Source: Haliotis rufescens
Taxonomy: Eukaryota
Reading direction: 5' to 3'
Assembly (NCBI RefSeq): GCF_023055435.1
Contig: NW_025964201.1
Location: forward strand, 2,542,001 to 2,606,000
Length of the DNA stretch: 64,000 bases
Of this stretch, positions 61,904 to 64,000 are shown piece by piece (position 1 is the stretch's first letter; every line of letters begins with the position of its first letter). The notes under the pieces were generated by a model, which made no database searches, was not told the DNA's origin, and was given only the letters and a program-made list of their open reading frames with translations. The position numbers were made by a program, and so were the translations under genes.

Positions 61904-62451
61904 AGAAAAGGAAATATTAAGAATGTGTGTCAGCCTGGACAAATGTTAATAGATTTATACATTTCCTCTTGACCAGTTACACGAACGTAATCAATAGTGC
62001 ATGCACATGTGACAGTCACGCCATGACGAGCTGTTCCACTTGCCGGTGTGGTGTATAAGGATGTCCTGGTGTTAATATGACATTCAGGGAGATGTTGAAT
62101 GGTAATGTCAATATGCGAAGCGTTTATAAATGTTTCCTCTGTGTAACAGGAAGAAAGTATAAACATTTAACATTCAGTGTGATAACGTTGTGCTGGTGTA
62201 AGTCATCAGGGTGAGTGAGTCACTTGAGTTCACCATCGTTCTGAACAGTATTTCCATTTTATGCAGTCGTTTCAGCGGTTTTAGAGATTTACCACATTGG
62301 GTGAAACCCAGGGTTATGTTATCATAATCAGGGCAAATCTGGCGTTGGAAGCCTTGATCATACCGGCTCCTGGAAGACTGTAGGACTCAACTCTGCACAG
62401 AAAAAAACGGTGACGTTGACGCCAAATCCATGTCCTCGGCTATACATGGGT

Positions 62452-64000
62452 CAAAAGTAAGCCCTGACACAAAATGACAGGTGCAAGTAAGTACTGATAC
62501 ATTATGACAGGTAAAGCAGGCCGTGACACATAATGGCAGGTAAAGTAGAACTTGACACCTAGTGAGAGGTAAAGTAGACCTTGACACATAATGACAGGTA
62601 AAGTAGACCTTGACACATACTTAAAGGTAAAGTAGACCTTGATACATAATGACAGGTAAAGAAGACCTTGACACATAGTGACAGGTAAAGCAGACCTTGA
62701 CACATACTGAAAGGTAAAGCAGACCTTGACACATAATGACAGATAAAGCAGACCTTGACACATAATGATAGGTAAAGTAGACCCTGACACATAATGACAG
62801 GAAAAGTAGACCTTGACACATAATGACAGGTAAAGCAGACCTTGACACATAAGGAGAGGAAAAGTGGACCTTGACACATAATGACAGGTAAAGTAAAATT
62901 TGATATAATGACAAGGTAAAGTAGACGTTGACATAATGACAGGTAAAGTAGACGTTCACATAATGACAGGTAAAGTAGACCATGACACACAGCTAAAGTA
63001 AACCTTGACATAATGACAGGTAAAGTAGACCATGACACACAGCTAAAGTAAACCTTGACATAATGACTGGTAAAGTAAAGCTTGACATAATGACAAGGTA
63101 AAGCAGACCTTGACATATAATAGCAGGTAAAGTAAAGCTTGATATAATGACAGGTAAAGTAAACCTTGACATAATGACAGGTAAAGTAAACCTTGACATA
63201 ATGACAGGTAAAGTAGACTTTGACACATACTGACAGGTAAAGTAGACCTTGACACATAATGACAGCTTAAGTAAACCTTGACATAATGACAGGTAAAGTA
63301 GACCTTGACATAATATGAGGTAAAGTAAACATTGACATAAAGACAGGTAAAGTAAACCTTGACATAATGACAGGTAAAGTAAACCTTGACATAATGACAG
63401 GTAAAGTAGACCTTGACACACAAGATCAGGTGAAGTAGAACTTGACACATAATGACAGGTAAAGTAAACCTTGACACATAATGACAGGTGAAGTAGACCT
63501 TGACACATACTGACAGGTAAAGTAGACCTTGCCACATTATGACAGGAAAAGTAGACCTTGACACATAATGACAGGTAAAGTAAACCTTGACACATAATGA
63601 CAAGGTAAAGTAGACCTTGACAGAATGACAGGTAAAGTAGACCTGGACACATAAGGACAGGTGAAGTAGACGTTGACACATAATGACAGGTAAAGTAGAC
63701 CTCGACACATAATGAGAGGTAAAGTAAACCTTGACACATAATGACAGGTAAAGTAGACCTTGACACATAATGGCAGCTAAAGTTAACCGTGATATAATGA
63801 GGGGTAAAGTAGACCTTGACACATAATGACAGCTAACGTAAACCTTGACATAATGACAGGTAAAGTAAACCTTGACACATAATGACACGGAAAGTAGACC
63901 TTGACACATAATGACAGGTAAAGTAGACCTTGACGTATAATGAGAGGTAAAGTAGACCTTGACGTATAATAACAGGTAAAGCAAACCTTGACACATAATG
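62452..64000. repeat. 27-30-bp minisatellite related to the 30-bp array (runs off the window)
   Basis: GTAGACCTTGACACATAATGACAGGTAAA in tandem; the first unit reads GTAAGCCCTGACACAAAATGACAGG. Confidence 0.93.

Noticed and set aside
57274-63996. Many long overlapping ORFs (675, 511, 416 aa etc.) as genes
   Set aside because: All three minus frames are open because the unit lacks stops; indels and mostly non-synonymous variation argue against a coding call. Kept only as a low-interest finding.

Overview
Eukaryotic, repeat-rich genomic DNA with spliceosomal introns and two N-gaps (8179-8695, 26195-26332). The repeat types suggest a mollusc, possibly a gastropod; this is inference only. Reading splice signals by hand recovers four tandem minus-strand genes for type I single-pass membrane proteins, which the ORF track shows only as fragments. 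Three are paralogues of about 394-402 aa with the architecture signal peptide, divergent SUEL/rhamnose-binding-lectin-like domain, CUB-like domain, short S/T/P stalk, TM helix and Tyr-motif tail. Their tails differ: gene 1 has ITIM/ITSM-like motifs, gene 2 has YxN motifs, and gene 3 has an ITAM-like YxxL-x11-YxxL. The fourth gene (about 563 aa) has the same exon-phase layout, but a mucin-like ectodomain and a tail with an ITIM-like motif plus about 10 tandem NxxY repeats. Together they look like a paired activating/inhibitory receptor cluster. Several minisatellites are amplified copies of these genes' own start-codon, splice-acceptor and splice-donor regions. The remainder is four Tc1-like transposon remnants, MITEs, several SINE families, LINE fragments (one R4/Dong-like between TAA repeats), Penelope-like termini with minimal hammerhead-ribozyme-like motifs, and many minisatellites. 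All gene models are manual and lack transcript evidence.
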